Origin: Dehalococcoidia bacterium
GTDB lineage: Bacteria; Chloroflexota; Dehalococcoidia; Lucifugimonadales; JAGWBF01
Length of the DNA stretch: 64,000 nt
Reading direction: 5' to 3'
NCBI GenBank assembly: GCA_963663025.1
Contig: OY760073.1
Span: 613,567-677,566 of the forward strand
Positions within the stretch are counted from its first letter, which is position 1. Each line of letters starts with the position of its first letter. Of the stretch, positions 55,102 to 62,907 are shown piece after piece. Below the pieces are notes generated by a model, which did no database searches, was not told where the DNA came from, and saw only the letters and a program-made list of their open reading frames with translations. A program made the translations under genes and the position numbers.

Positions 55102-57048
55102 CTATTCGTCGAGATTCTCAATTTCGACTGGTTTCAGATTGTCCGCAGGGTTGAATCCGAATATGCGTGAGTAAAACTGGAACTCGGCCGAAAGGCACCG
55201 TTTTATTGTCTCCGCCTTGCGAAAGCCGTGCTGCTCCCCCTCGAAGGCCAGGTATGCTGTGGGCACTCCGTTAGCCTTTAAGGCGTTGAACATCTCCTGG
55301 GACTGGGCTGCGGGAACGATGGTGTCATCAAGTCCTTGGAAAAAGATTACCGGGCGTGACGAATATCCTGGAAAGTTGATGGGTGAGCGCTCCACGTACC
55401 TGCGGCGGTGCAGGGGATACGGGCCGACCAGCCCGACAAGACTATAGGCGTCGAACTTGTGAATGTCGGTGAGCAAAGCTTCCAAATCGCTTACCCCGAA
55501 GTAGCTGGCGCCGGCCTTGAACACATCTCTGAAAGTCAAGGACGCCAGGGCGGTGAACCCCCCGGCACTGGCTCCGCTGATGGCGATTCGGTCGCCATCC
55601 ACATCCCCTCGCTGGACCATGTACAGGGCAGCGTTGACGCAGTCGTCCACATCCACCACGCCCCACTCGCCGATGAGGCGCTCCCGGTAGTCCCGCCCGT
55701 ACCCGGTGCTGCCCCCATAGTTTACGTCCAGGACCGCAAATCCCCGGCTGGTCCAGTACTGGACGGTGGGGTTGAGGTCCGTCTTTGCGGCGCTGTGTGG
55801 CCCGCCATGGCAGGTGACGAGCATGGGAGGCTTCTCACCTTCGGGGGCTGCAAAGTCCCGACTATACGGCGGATAGAAGAAGGCGTGGGCCGAAAGCCCA
55901 TCGAATGTCGGGAATTCGATGGCCTCGGGAACGGACATGCAGTCCGACGGTATCTCGTCGTCGCTTTCCGCCCTGAGGACAGCGACCTCTTCATCCTCGA
56001 TGCTGATCTCCACAAGGGACATGGGCCGCGTGGGGGATCCGGCGACCAGCGCAACACGGCCCTGGCTGGCCTGGAGGTCGCCGTGCCCCATTTCGGTGAA
56101 TGGGAACTCGATGGGTACCAGCCTTCCTTCATCCAGGAAGATGCGTCCCAGGCTCCAGGTTCCTTTTTGGACGTAGCTGCAGACCAGGGTGTTGGGAGAG
56201 TCGAACCCGTAGGAGCACATCCCGACCCACCAGTTGGCCTTGGAAAACTCGGCCTCCATAAGGAGCACGGGCTCCACCCAGCCGTGTCGCCACCTATACA
56301 GGTTGGCCCAGCCGGTCCGGTCAGAGATGAAATACAGGTCGCCGGAGGGGGACCATTCGGGCTGTATAACAGCCTCATCCACGCTGCCGGCTACCAGGGT
56401 TGGTTCTCCCAGCTGTCCGTTGTTCTGGAAGGGCGCTGTCCAGAGGTGGGTGCCGTCCCAGGGCATATTGGGATGGTCCCAGGTGAGCCATGCCAGCCGT
56501 GCGCCGTCGGGGCTAACGCAGGGGGAGCTGTGAAAGTCATTGTCGGTCAAGAGTACCCTGGGGTCCCGCCTCCCCGCGGTATCCAGAGAGACGATTTCGC
56601 TAAGGGGATGGTCCGAATCGGGGTTGCTGTGGTTCTCGCGGATGCAGACCAGCCTGCCTTGACCAGGATGAAACACCTTGCTGCCGTACCGGAAGTTCCC
56701 TTCAGGAGTGATCGGCGCAGGCGCGCTGCCGGGAAGCTGGCGGTAAACCCGATGGTCTGCGCTGTTCGAAAAGTAGATGACCTCATCAGCCACGGTGAAG
56801 CCCCTGGTCCCGTATTCATTGACCATGCTTCCCACGCTGAAACCCGGGGAAGTGACGTCCTCCATCCCACCTTGCCGGTTTCGCTTGACTATTACCGTCC
56901 GTCCGCCCTCGGCGGGGCGGACCTCGGCCCAGTAGGTGTCCGGTCCGTCCAACGAGATGCGAAGAAGACTGATGGCGCCGTGGGCGACCATGTCCAGCGA
57001 AACGGGAGACTTCCAGGACCCGAATGCTGCGACTATAGGAAGGGTCAT
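55102..57048 (-). CDS. S9 family serine peptidase (prolyl oligopeptidase / acylaminoacyl-peptidase type)
   Basis: N-terminal beta-propeller region. C-terminal alpha/beta domain with nucleophile elbow GASAGG and a D...H pair (GLDDTIV...EGEQHGF). Confidence 0.85.
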   Translation of the reverse strand: MTLPIVAAFGSWKSPVSLDMVAHGAISLLRISLDGPDTYWAEVRPAEGGRTVIVKRNRQGGMEDVTSPGFSVGSMVNEYGTRGFTVADEVIYFSNSADHRVYRQLPGSAPAPITPEGNFRYGSKVFHPGQGRLVCIRENHSNPDSDHPLSEIVSLDTAGRRDPRVLLTDNDFHSSPCVSPDGARLAWLTWDHPNMPWDGTHLWTAPFQNNGQLGEPTLVAGSVDEAVIQPEWSPSGDLYFISDRTGWANLYRWRHGWVEPVLLMEAEFSKANWWVGMCSYGFDSPNTLVCSYVQKGTWSLGRIFLDEGRLVPIEFPFTEMGHGDLQASQGRVALVAGSPTRPMSLVEISIEDEEVAVLRAESDDEIPSDCMSVPEAIEFPTFDGLSAHAFFYPPYSRDFAAPEGEKPPMLVTCHGGPHSAAKTDLNPTVQYWTSRGFAVLDVNYGGSTGYGRDYRERLIGEWGVVDVDDCVNAALYMVQRGDVDGDRIAISGASAGGFTALASLTFRDVFKAGASYFGVSDLEALLTDIHKFDAYSLVGLVGPYPLHRRRYVERSPINFPGYSSRPVIFFQGLDDTIVPAAQSQEMFNALKANGVPTAYLAFEGEQHGFRKAETIKRCLSAEFQFYSRIFGFNPADNLKPVEIENLDE

Positions 57049-57119
57049 GCGAAAAGCCTGCCTTAGGGGTATATCTAAAGGAAATGGCCTCATAAAGCGT
57101 ACCAGAATGCCACTTCTCC

Positions 57120-57130
57120 TGCTATATAAT
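57120..57130 (+). promoter_or_regulatory. candidate extended -10 promoter element upstream of small ORF/ATP-grasp
   Basis: TGcTATATAAT (57120-57130). I saw no convincing -35 element. Confidence 0.3.
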
Positions 57131-57149
57131 TGGCGGCGTCCACGATTGG

Positions 57150-57257
57150 ATGGAAAGTGAAAGAAACTACTTGACGCGGCCTTGGGCCATTCAACCAGAC
57201 GTGACGCGGCGAATTTGGAATGAATTGGAGCACTTTAATTCGGAGGAAACCCATTAA
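57150..57257 (+). CDS. candidate 35-aa peptide ORF translationally coupled to the ATP-grasp gene (not in ORF track)
   Basis: The ATG at 57150 gives MESERNYLTRPWAIQPDVTRRIWNELEHFNSEETH. Its TAA stop overlaps the ATP-grasp ATG (TAATG, 57255-57259). The Shine-Dalgarno sequence is weak or absent. Confidence 0.3.
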   Translation: MESERNYLTRPWAIQPDVTRRIWNELEHFNSEETH

Positions 57258-58252
57258 TGCCTGAAACTTATGACGTAGTTATTTCGAGCCCATTCCCCAA
57301 TTACGATTTCTTCTCCCAGCGAATGATGGAGTTGTGCGGCCAGATGGGACTCAGCTTCTTCTTCGTAAATGATGTTTGGGTAAAGGAGTTCACGGAAAAG
57401 CTGACGAACAAAGAGGTGTCTGCCAGGGTGCTCCTGGACCTGTCCGCCTCCCAAACTGAGGAAGACGACCCATACACGATACTGGCCAAGGAGGTCAAGA
57501 GACAGAAAGGGTACATTATCGACGACCCGGACGTCACCGCAAGGGTGGCCCACAAAGGACACTTTCACAAGGTTCTCCAGCAAAACAACGTCCCGGTGCC
57601 CGAGACGATTATCGTCCAAAGAGACGATCTGTATAGTTTCGAAGTTACCGATGAGGTGGCCAGCAGGGTGGGCACACCCTTCGTGGTCAAGCCGGCATGG
57701 GGGGATTCGGGCGTAGGGGTTGTCGTTGGGGCCACTTCCAAGAAGGACCTTCTGCAATCGGCGGAGGAAACACCTCTCTCGGACGCATTCCTGCTCCAGA
57801 GCTTGGTCACGCCCAAACGGCTTGGACGCTACTTGGGATGGTTCCGCCTGTACTACATATGCGGCGAGGTCATTCCATGCTGGTGGGACCCCTCCACCCA
57901 TGAATACCACTTGGTCGCACCCAGCGAGATGCGCCGTTACCACCTGTCCCCCCTGCGGCGCATCGTGCGGGGGATAGCCCAGGTATCCAAGATGAAGAAG
58001 TTCAGCTGCGAGGTCTGCCTGGACGAGGACGGGAAGTTCTATGCGGTTGACTACGTGAACGCCGACCCGGACATGAATCCCCAGTCATACTACGACAACG
58101 GGGTCCCCGATGAGGTGGTGCGCCACATCGTTTGGCTGCTCTTCATCGATGCTATGCGGGTCGTCAAGCGAGGTCATGGATTCTTCGATGAGGAGCTTGA
58201 AGAGGCCCAAGCGGACTGGCTCGAGCAGCGCCGCCTGCAGCAGGGCAAGTAG
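57257..58252 (+). CDS. ATP-grasp fold protein (RimK-like / peptide-ligase-like), family unassigned
   Basis: 331 aa. ATP-grasp-like blocks HKGHFHKVLQQNNVPVPETI, GTPFVVKPAWGDSGVGVVV, FLLQSLV and FSCEVCLDEDGKFYAVDYVN. Lower GC than its flanks at the 5' end. Confidence 0.6.
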   Translation: MPETYDVVISSPFPNYDFFSQRMMELCGQMGLSFFFVNDVWVKEFTEKLTNKEVSARVLLDLSASQTEEDDPYTILAKEVKRQKGYIIDDPDVTARVAHKGHFHKVLQQNNVPVPETIIVQRDDLYSFEVTDEVASRVGTPFVVKPAWGDSGVGVVVGATSKKDLLQSAEETPLSDAFLLQSLVTPKRLGRYLGWFRLYYICGEVIPCWWDPSTHEYHLVAPSEMRRYHLSPLRRIVRGIAQVSKMKKFSCEVCLDEDGKFYAVDYVNADPDMNPQSYYDNGVPDEVVRHIVWLLFIDAMRVVKRGHGFFDEELEEAQADWLEQRRLQQGK

Positions 58253-58307
58253 CAACCCTAGACGCAGGAATCTCAGCCAATAAACCCAACCTACATGCGC
58301 AGGACCC

Positions 58308-59684
58308 TCACACGATGAGGCTCAGCGCCAGGCTGGCCGACCCCAGGTACAAGAGGAAGCCAAGGACATCTGTGAAGGTGGTTACGATCACTGCGGATGC
58401 AACGGCCGGGTCTATGCCCATCCTCCGGAGAAACAGGGGTACTCCAGCCCCCGTTGCTCCCGCAACCACCATGTTTCCAACCATAGCTACCGCAAGCACC
58501 AGGGCCACACCCACATTACCTGTCCACAGGAGACCGACGGCCCCTACCAGGACGCCCAGGAGCACTCCGTGCAGCAGTCCCAAGGTGATTTCCCGCCTCA
58601 AAAGGCGTCCCTGCTGAACGCTCACCAGCTCTCCCAGGGCGATGGACCTAACTATCATGGTCAGGGTCTGAGTGCCTCCTATTCCGCCTTGGCCTGCTAT
58701 GACGGGCAGAAAGGCCGCCAATATTACCGCCTGGGCCAGGACGGAGTCGAAGAGGCTGATCGTAGCCGCCGAAAGGAAGGTGGTCACAAGGTTGATCGCC
58801 AGCCAGGGCAGCCGGGTACGCACAGCATCTGCAATCGACTCCGGGCCGGGCTCGGCCAACACGGCTCCCATCTTGAGCATCTGCTTCGTATGCTCTTCAA
58901 CGACCGCGGTCTCGAGAAAATCCAAGGGCACAACACCTATCAGCTTCTCCTCGGACACCACGGGAAGCTGCACTATGTTGTAGTGGTTCCGCAGCCGGAC
59001 GCACTCGGACTGGGGGGTGTCCTCACTCACAGTTACCGGCGCCGGTAGAGTTGCATCGGAGATGGGGACCTCCTCGGGGAGCTTGGCTAGGTCGGCCATG
59101 GTCACCTGTCCTATCAACTCTCCTTCATCCCCCACCACGTAAACCCGGTTGAACTCGTAGAGAGGCTCTCCCATCTCTCGGAGACCTGCTCGGGCATCGG
59201 AGATCGTTGCTCCGGCTCTGACTGTTGGGTACACCGGCACCATAAGGGCCCCCGCCGTACCTGAGGGGCCCTCCAGGATCTGGGTGTCGGGTATGGGTTG
59301 CTCCAGGGTTTTGGCTACTTGGCGCGCCTGGGTCTTCGGTAGCCTTAGGAGCGTGTCCAGGGCCACAATGGGATTCACCTGGGTCAGCACACCGGAAACC
59401 AGCCGGGACCCCAGCCGGGTGACTATTCGCCCGGCCAGCAGGGGATTCATCTGCCGGAGCATCCAAGTTACGGTTTCGGGCCCCATCAGCGCCAGGAGGC
59501 CATCTCGGCTGGCCTTGGGAAGGGCGATGAGGATGGCGCCGATGTCGGCGGGGTGGAGCCAGGTCAGGCGGGCCAGGGCGGAGTCCTGGTCTCCGGCTTT
59601 CATGAGTTCTCGGACCTCATCGGCAATGGCCGACGCCTCTTCAGGCGATATAGCGTGGGTCAGTTCTGGTTGGGCAATTTCCAT
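58308..59684 (-). CDS. mgtE: magnesium transporter MgtE
   Basis: 458 aa with an N-terminal MgtE-N region, tandem CBS-like region, and a C-terminal 5-TM domain (...GGIGGTQTLT...DPAVASAVIVTTFTD). Confidence 0.9.
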   Translation of the reverse strand: MEIAQPELTHAISPEEASAIADEVRELMKAGDQDSALARLTWLHPADIGAILIALPKASRDGLLALMGPETVTWMLRQMNPLLAGRIVTRLGSRLVSGVLTQVNPIVALDTLLRLPKTQARQVAKTLEQPIPDTQILEGPSGTAGALMVPVYPTVRAGATISDARAGLREMGEPLYEFNRVYVVGDEGELIGQVTMADLAKLPEEVPISDATLPAPVTVSEDTPQSECVRLRNHYNIVQLPVVSEEKLIGVVPLDFLETAVVEEHTKQMLKMGAVLAEPGPESIADAVRTRLPWLAINLVTTFLSAATISLFDSVLAQAVILAAFLPVIAGQGGIGGTQTLTMIVRSIALGELVSVQQGRLLRREITLGLLHGVLLGVLVGAVGLLWTGNVGVALVLAVAMVGNMVVAGATGAGVPLFLRRMGIDPAVASAVIVTTFTDVLGFLLYLGSASLALSLIV

Positions 59685-60362
59685 AGGTCAATCTCCGGGC
59701 ATGATTGGATTCAGCACATGGCCGGCAGCGGAGGAATGGCGAAGGTGAGCTGCCGTACCTAGCTACTGCGAAAAGGTACAGTGGTGCCTTAAACCGGAAA
59801 GGCCAGCCGGGATTCCGTGCCGCCTTTGTGTCCCCGCCATCGCTGTCAGAAAGTGGTCGGACTACGGCCCCTGCTCTCTACTGTATGACCCGCGTCACAA
59901 CGCGCCATGGCTGAGCGTCTGGTCCGGATCTTGAAGGATAGCGTTCCGGGGCTAGTGTTGGTGCGGATGCGAATGATGGCCCCCGCCGGGGGCCTCCGGG
60001 GCATCCACTCAGCAGCCGGGATGGCCTGGCCGTCCACAGCAGAGGCGCCTCGTCCGAATTCTGATGAACAGGCTCTGGACCATTAGCCCCAGTCGAGTGG
60101 GCCACGGATCGGGCGCAGTCCATATTATTCTCACGGACCGGAGCATTGCGCGGATCATGCCCAGAGTATATCAGGGATGGTTTCCGTTTACCTGTTGCGC
60201 TTCAGGCCCGCAGCCAGACCCAGATACCGGGAAACCGTGTTGCGACGCGCCCCGTCAAGTGGATGACCAACAGGGCCTTCGAAGCTGTTAGCAAGGCTGA
60301 GCCTTCCCGGGGGTAGTCCCGTTGGCTGGCTGTCCCTCGAATCTAATCCCTGTCTCGTCCCG

Positions 60363-60629
60363 CTATCGCTCTTGGTGGAAAAAGTGGTAGAGGTACCAGG
60401 TGGTATCTTCGGGGCCATCGGTGGGTGGAGCAATCTCGCAGCCGTGGGCCTTAGCGAAAAGGGTCTCGCACTCCTGGGCTTTGGCCTTGCTTGTGTACTC
60501 CTCGAGCACCTCCTCGCGGTGCATCGAGTGAAACTTCCCCAAGCGCCATTCCGTCAGGCGGTCCTGGGGCTTCATCGAAATTCCAACTCTACATTGCATT
60601 GTTATCCCCCTCTGTGCCAATTGCATCAA
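60363..60629 (-). CDS. hypothetical small protein
   Basis: 88-aa ORF, possibly starting at MQCRVGISM (60599). Protein-like text ...SKAKAQECETLFAKAHGCE...TWYLYHF. I cannot name a family with confidence. Confidence 0.4.
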   Translation of the reverse strand: MMQLAQRGITMQCRVGISMKPQDRLTEWRLGKFHSMHREEVLEEYTSKAKAQECETLFAKAHGCEIAPPTDGPEDTTWYLYHFFHQER

Positions 60630-60946
60630 TTTGAGTTAGGTGAGTCCTGACCAGTGTAAGCCTTCCAATTACGAAGGCTTCGGAGAATGGCCGTACCGAC
60701 CTGCAAGCAACCATCTATTCGTCCAGTTAGCCTCCGCCTAGGTAGGTCTGCCCAAGCTGCCCAGAGCGAGCACGCTCCAGCTGACCCTTATCAAGCTTAT
60801 GAGAGGACCGGGACGACGGCTCCAGCTTTCTCCATGCACGATGCACTATATCATCGGACTGGCGTGGATAGCCCAAGGTTTTGGCAACCGTTAATAGCCA
60901 ATTTCACGCCCAAGGGCTGATCCCTCGATTCGCTTCCCTGTGCCCT

Positions 60947-61363
60947 TTATGGCGACGTATTTCCGGTATTCTCCATCAAGATTGCTCCCGGCATCCTCGC
61001 TAGACCGCGGTCGAAGGTGTAGAGGGGCGTTGCTCCCGCCCGCTCCGCCGCTGTAAGGATCATCAAGTCCGAGAATCCGGTGCCTCCCTGCCGATAGCGA
61101 TGGGCAACTGCGGCCACGTCATCGGAATTCTCGACGACGAGAGTGTCGGAAGCCGTTAGGTCCATCAATGCCTCCGCAACCTGGGTGCGCGGGAAGCGGT
61201 AGCTGCGTTCCAGCACCCAGGCGATCTCAACGATGACCTCTCGACAAATGAATCCCGGATTGTCGGGTGTCAACCCTTCGAGCAATGAGCGTGCCGCTTC
61301 GGTATGTTCAGCGTTGTCCCCCACCAGGTAGCGTACGATCACATTCGTGTCCAGGGCGGTCAT
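60947..61363 (-). CDS. vapC: type II toxin, PIN-domain VapC (second module)
   Basis: MTALDTNVIVRYL (catalytic Asp5) ...SDLMILTAAERAG. Confidence 0.8.
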   Translation of the reverse strand: MTALDTNVIVRYLVGDNAEHTEAARSLLEGLTPDNPGFICREVIVEIAWVLERSYRFPRTQVAEALMDLTASDTLVVENSDDVAAVAHRYRQGGTGFSDLMILTAAERAGATPLYTFDRGLARMPGAILMENTGNTSP

Positions 61364-61593
61364 TCCTTAGTCGCTCCCTCCGCGACGGCCTGGTTCATGT
61401 CTTCCAAGCTCACCGGCGGGCCGTCATACCTGAGGCTGCCGAACAGCCGGCTGGTGGACCGGACGGGCATTATCAGCACGCCCTCGTCCAGGATGACATA
61501 TCGGACCCTGTCCCCTGCCTTTACTGCCAGCGAGTCCCTGACGGCTTTGGGCAATGTGGTCTGGCCTTTCACGGTTATGCTGGATTCGAACAT
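61360..61593 (-). CDS. vapB: AbrB/MazE/SpoVT-family antitoxin (VapB)
   Basis: 77 aa. ITVKGQTTLPKAVRDSLAVKAGDRVRY swapped-hairpin motif. Overlaps vapC by 4 nt. Confidence 0.8.
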   Translation of the reverse strand: MFESSITVKGQTTLPKAVRDSLAVKAGDRVRYVILDEGVLIMPVRSTSRLFGSLRYDGPPVSLEDMNQAVAEGATKE

Positions 61594-61785
61594 TTAAGGC
61601 GCTCCTGTATTTGAAAGAGTATCTGTTGGCCTTACATTATGGATTAAAGTAATGACAACCGCAAGAATGTCAGCCTGTGGTGGTGCGAGCGAGCGGCGCG
61701 GTTAGAACAATGGAGGGAGAGTTGGTGTTCAGAGAGTCTATTGGGTTGCCCTGAGAATTGGCGGCAAGTTTCTTGATTTAGACAT

Positions 61786-62442
61786 TCAACAGGACGACTG
61801 CAATATGACGGCCTCTCTACGCCGCCAAGGCTTCCAGTTCAGGTCCAGACGACGACGACCCCCAGACATCTCGCGGGCGCAGCGACGATCAACATGAGAC
61901 CAACTTAGTTCCTCCGATGAGTTTCGCTTCTCGCTAAGGGGGCAGAAACTCGCTTCCACCTGAACAGGACTTTTGAAGGAAATGATGGGGATATTGATAT
62001 TGACCACCTCGCGAAACCCCCCAGCGGTTACGTCGTTGACCCTTTCTTCGAGCCGTTCGATCTCCCCTTTTGCTGACTCATCGCAGGCATCGCAGCCGCA
62101 TCTTGGATAAGTCTCGTGGAACCATCGCCCAAATCGGACATTGAGGCCGGGGAAGGTCGTGAATGTCACTACGATAGGGGCGGCGTCAGGATCCTTGGGA
62201 GTTAGTCTGACATCCGGACTGGCAATGCCAAAGTCGGCACGCTCGAGGCCATATCCTTCGGTGCGGTCAACCTCGAACCGTTCTTCCAGCCGCCCGATTA
62301 CTTCCAGCGCTGCGGAGTGCAACGGGCGAAATCGCTCAAGATTGGTCAGCCGGCCTAAAGCTTCCTCAGGAGGCGACACCACAGGCAGGCCCCATGATGA
62401 ATCCTCCGTCTCCGACCTATTTGATTTAAACCACTTAGGCAT
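61786..62442 (-). CDS. hypothetical protein with CGCDACDE motif
   Basis: About 218 aa from MPKWFKSNR. YPRCGCDACDES motif. From memory it resembles an uncharacterised DUF family seen in Actinobacteria, which I have not verified. Lies adjacent to the tRNA-Val 3' side. Confidence 0.5.
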   Translation of the reverse strand: MPKWFKSNRSETEDSSWGLPVVSPPEEALGRLTNLERFRPLHSAALEVIGRLEERFEVDRTEGYGLERADFGIASPDVRLTPKDPDAAPIVVTFTTFPGLNVRFGRWFHETYPRCGCDACDESAKGEIERLEERVNDVTAGGFREVVNINIPIISFKSPVQVEASFCPLSEKRNSSEELSWSHVDRRCAREMSGGRRRLDLNWKPWRRREAVILQSSC

Positions 62443-62573
62443 CGGTCTAGGTCCTCTTGGACTCCCGAACACTCGATCACAGGCCAGCTAGCCGCAGGTA
62501 AGAAAAACTGGGACTGAGTGGGCCTACAACTCCCGAAGAAAGATCAGGGAGAGGCTCTTGGCTTTAACAGGCA

Positions 62574-62650
62574 TGGTGGGCGGTAGTGGACTTGAACCAC
62601 TGACCTCTGCGATGTCAACGCAGTACTCTAACCAGCTGAGCTAACCGCCC
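62574..62650 (-). tRNA. tRNA-Val (anticodon GAC), CCA encoded
   Basis: The reverse complement GGGCGGTTAGCTCAGCTGGTTAGAGTACTGCGTTGACATCGCAGAGGTCAGTGGTTCAAGTCCACTACCGCCCACCA folds as a cloverleaf. It has a 7-bp acceptor stem, anticodon stem CTGCG/CGCAG with loop TTGACAT, and T-arm AGTGG-TTCAAGT-CCACT. Confidence 0.9.
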
Positions 62651-62754
62651 ACAGGGGTGCCGTACCTGCCAGTTTACCGCAATGGGGGATGGGCTTCAAC
62701 ACGTCCAGCTTCCACGGCGAAGGGGAGCCGCGTGGGTCGGAGTGCCACGCCCTT

Positions 62755-62862
62755 GCTGAGGTTGTCCGTTCGCCCTGAGGGAAAACGAAGGGGAACGGAC
62801 AACCTGGCCCAGGTTACCCAAGGGTCTTGATTGGCGGGGAACGACGAATAGAGCGCCGCAGT
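62755..62862. repeat. intergenic repeat element, copy C
   Basis: Perfect 10-bp hairpin TTGTCCGTTC / GAACGGACAA (62762-62771 and 62793-62802) around GCCCTGAGGGAAAACGAAGGG. GGGGAACGACGAATA tail at 62836-62850. Aligns with the 36.1-kb copy and, inverted, with the 12.6-kb copy. Confidence 0.5.
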
Positions 62863-62907
62863 GTCGGGGGAAGCCGCAGTTCAGAGGGCTAGACGGGTGG
62901 AGAGAAG

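Noticed and set aside
55408-57066. Very long antisense ORFs: the 552-aa ORF opposite the S9 peptidase, and others at 50497-51519, 26983-27936, 9262-10167, 16459-17463, 13736-14554, 3029-3865, 20624-21463, 30740-31642, 24641-25381, 42806-43498 and 45707-46450.
   Set aside because: Each lies opposite a gene with clear family motifs and has Arg/Gly/Pro/Ala-rich, low-complexity text. These are typical shadow ORFs of high-GC DNA with few stop codons, and I recognised no motifs in them.
60000-60170. M-box (ykoK) Mg2+ riboswitch upstream of mgtE.
   Set aside because: Only a short GCUAAUGG-like segment and a CUGCGCCC segment resemble the consensus. The hallmark GUUAGGUGAGGCU and GUGCUAAAGCUC boxes were not found, and the segment lies ~350-450 nt from the start codon. 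It is kept only as a question inside the ORF-poor-region finding.
59700-60400. Possible tmRNA on the minus strand. GGGATTAGATTCGAGGGAC resembles the tmRNA 5' GGAUUCGACGGG box, and a GCTAAC... segment could start a tag.
   Set aside because: There is no GGGG acceptor start at the right distance and no T-arm (GGTTCGAnTCC) followed by an ...CCACCA 3' end in the expected position. No reading frame ends in a hydrophobic ...LAA-type tag; the frame through GCUAAC reads ...LGLAAGLKRNR and stops there. The only TCCACCA (60373-60379, minus strand) lies inside the 88-aa ORF and would orient the RNA the wrong way.
60687-60920. 77-aa ORF in the gap between the 88-aa hypothetical protein and vapC.
   Set aside because: There is no SD, the composition is Ala/Pro/Ser/Arg-rich, and it sits in isolation on the opposite strand to all its neighbours. 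It is probably non-coding.
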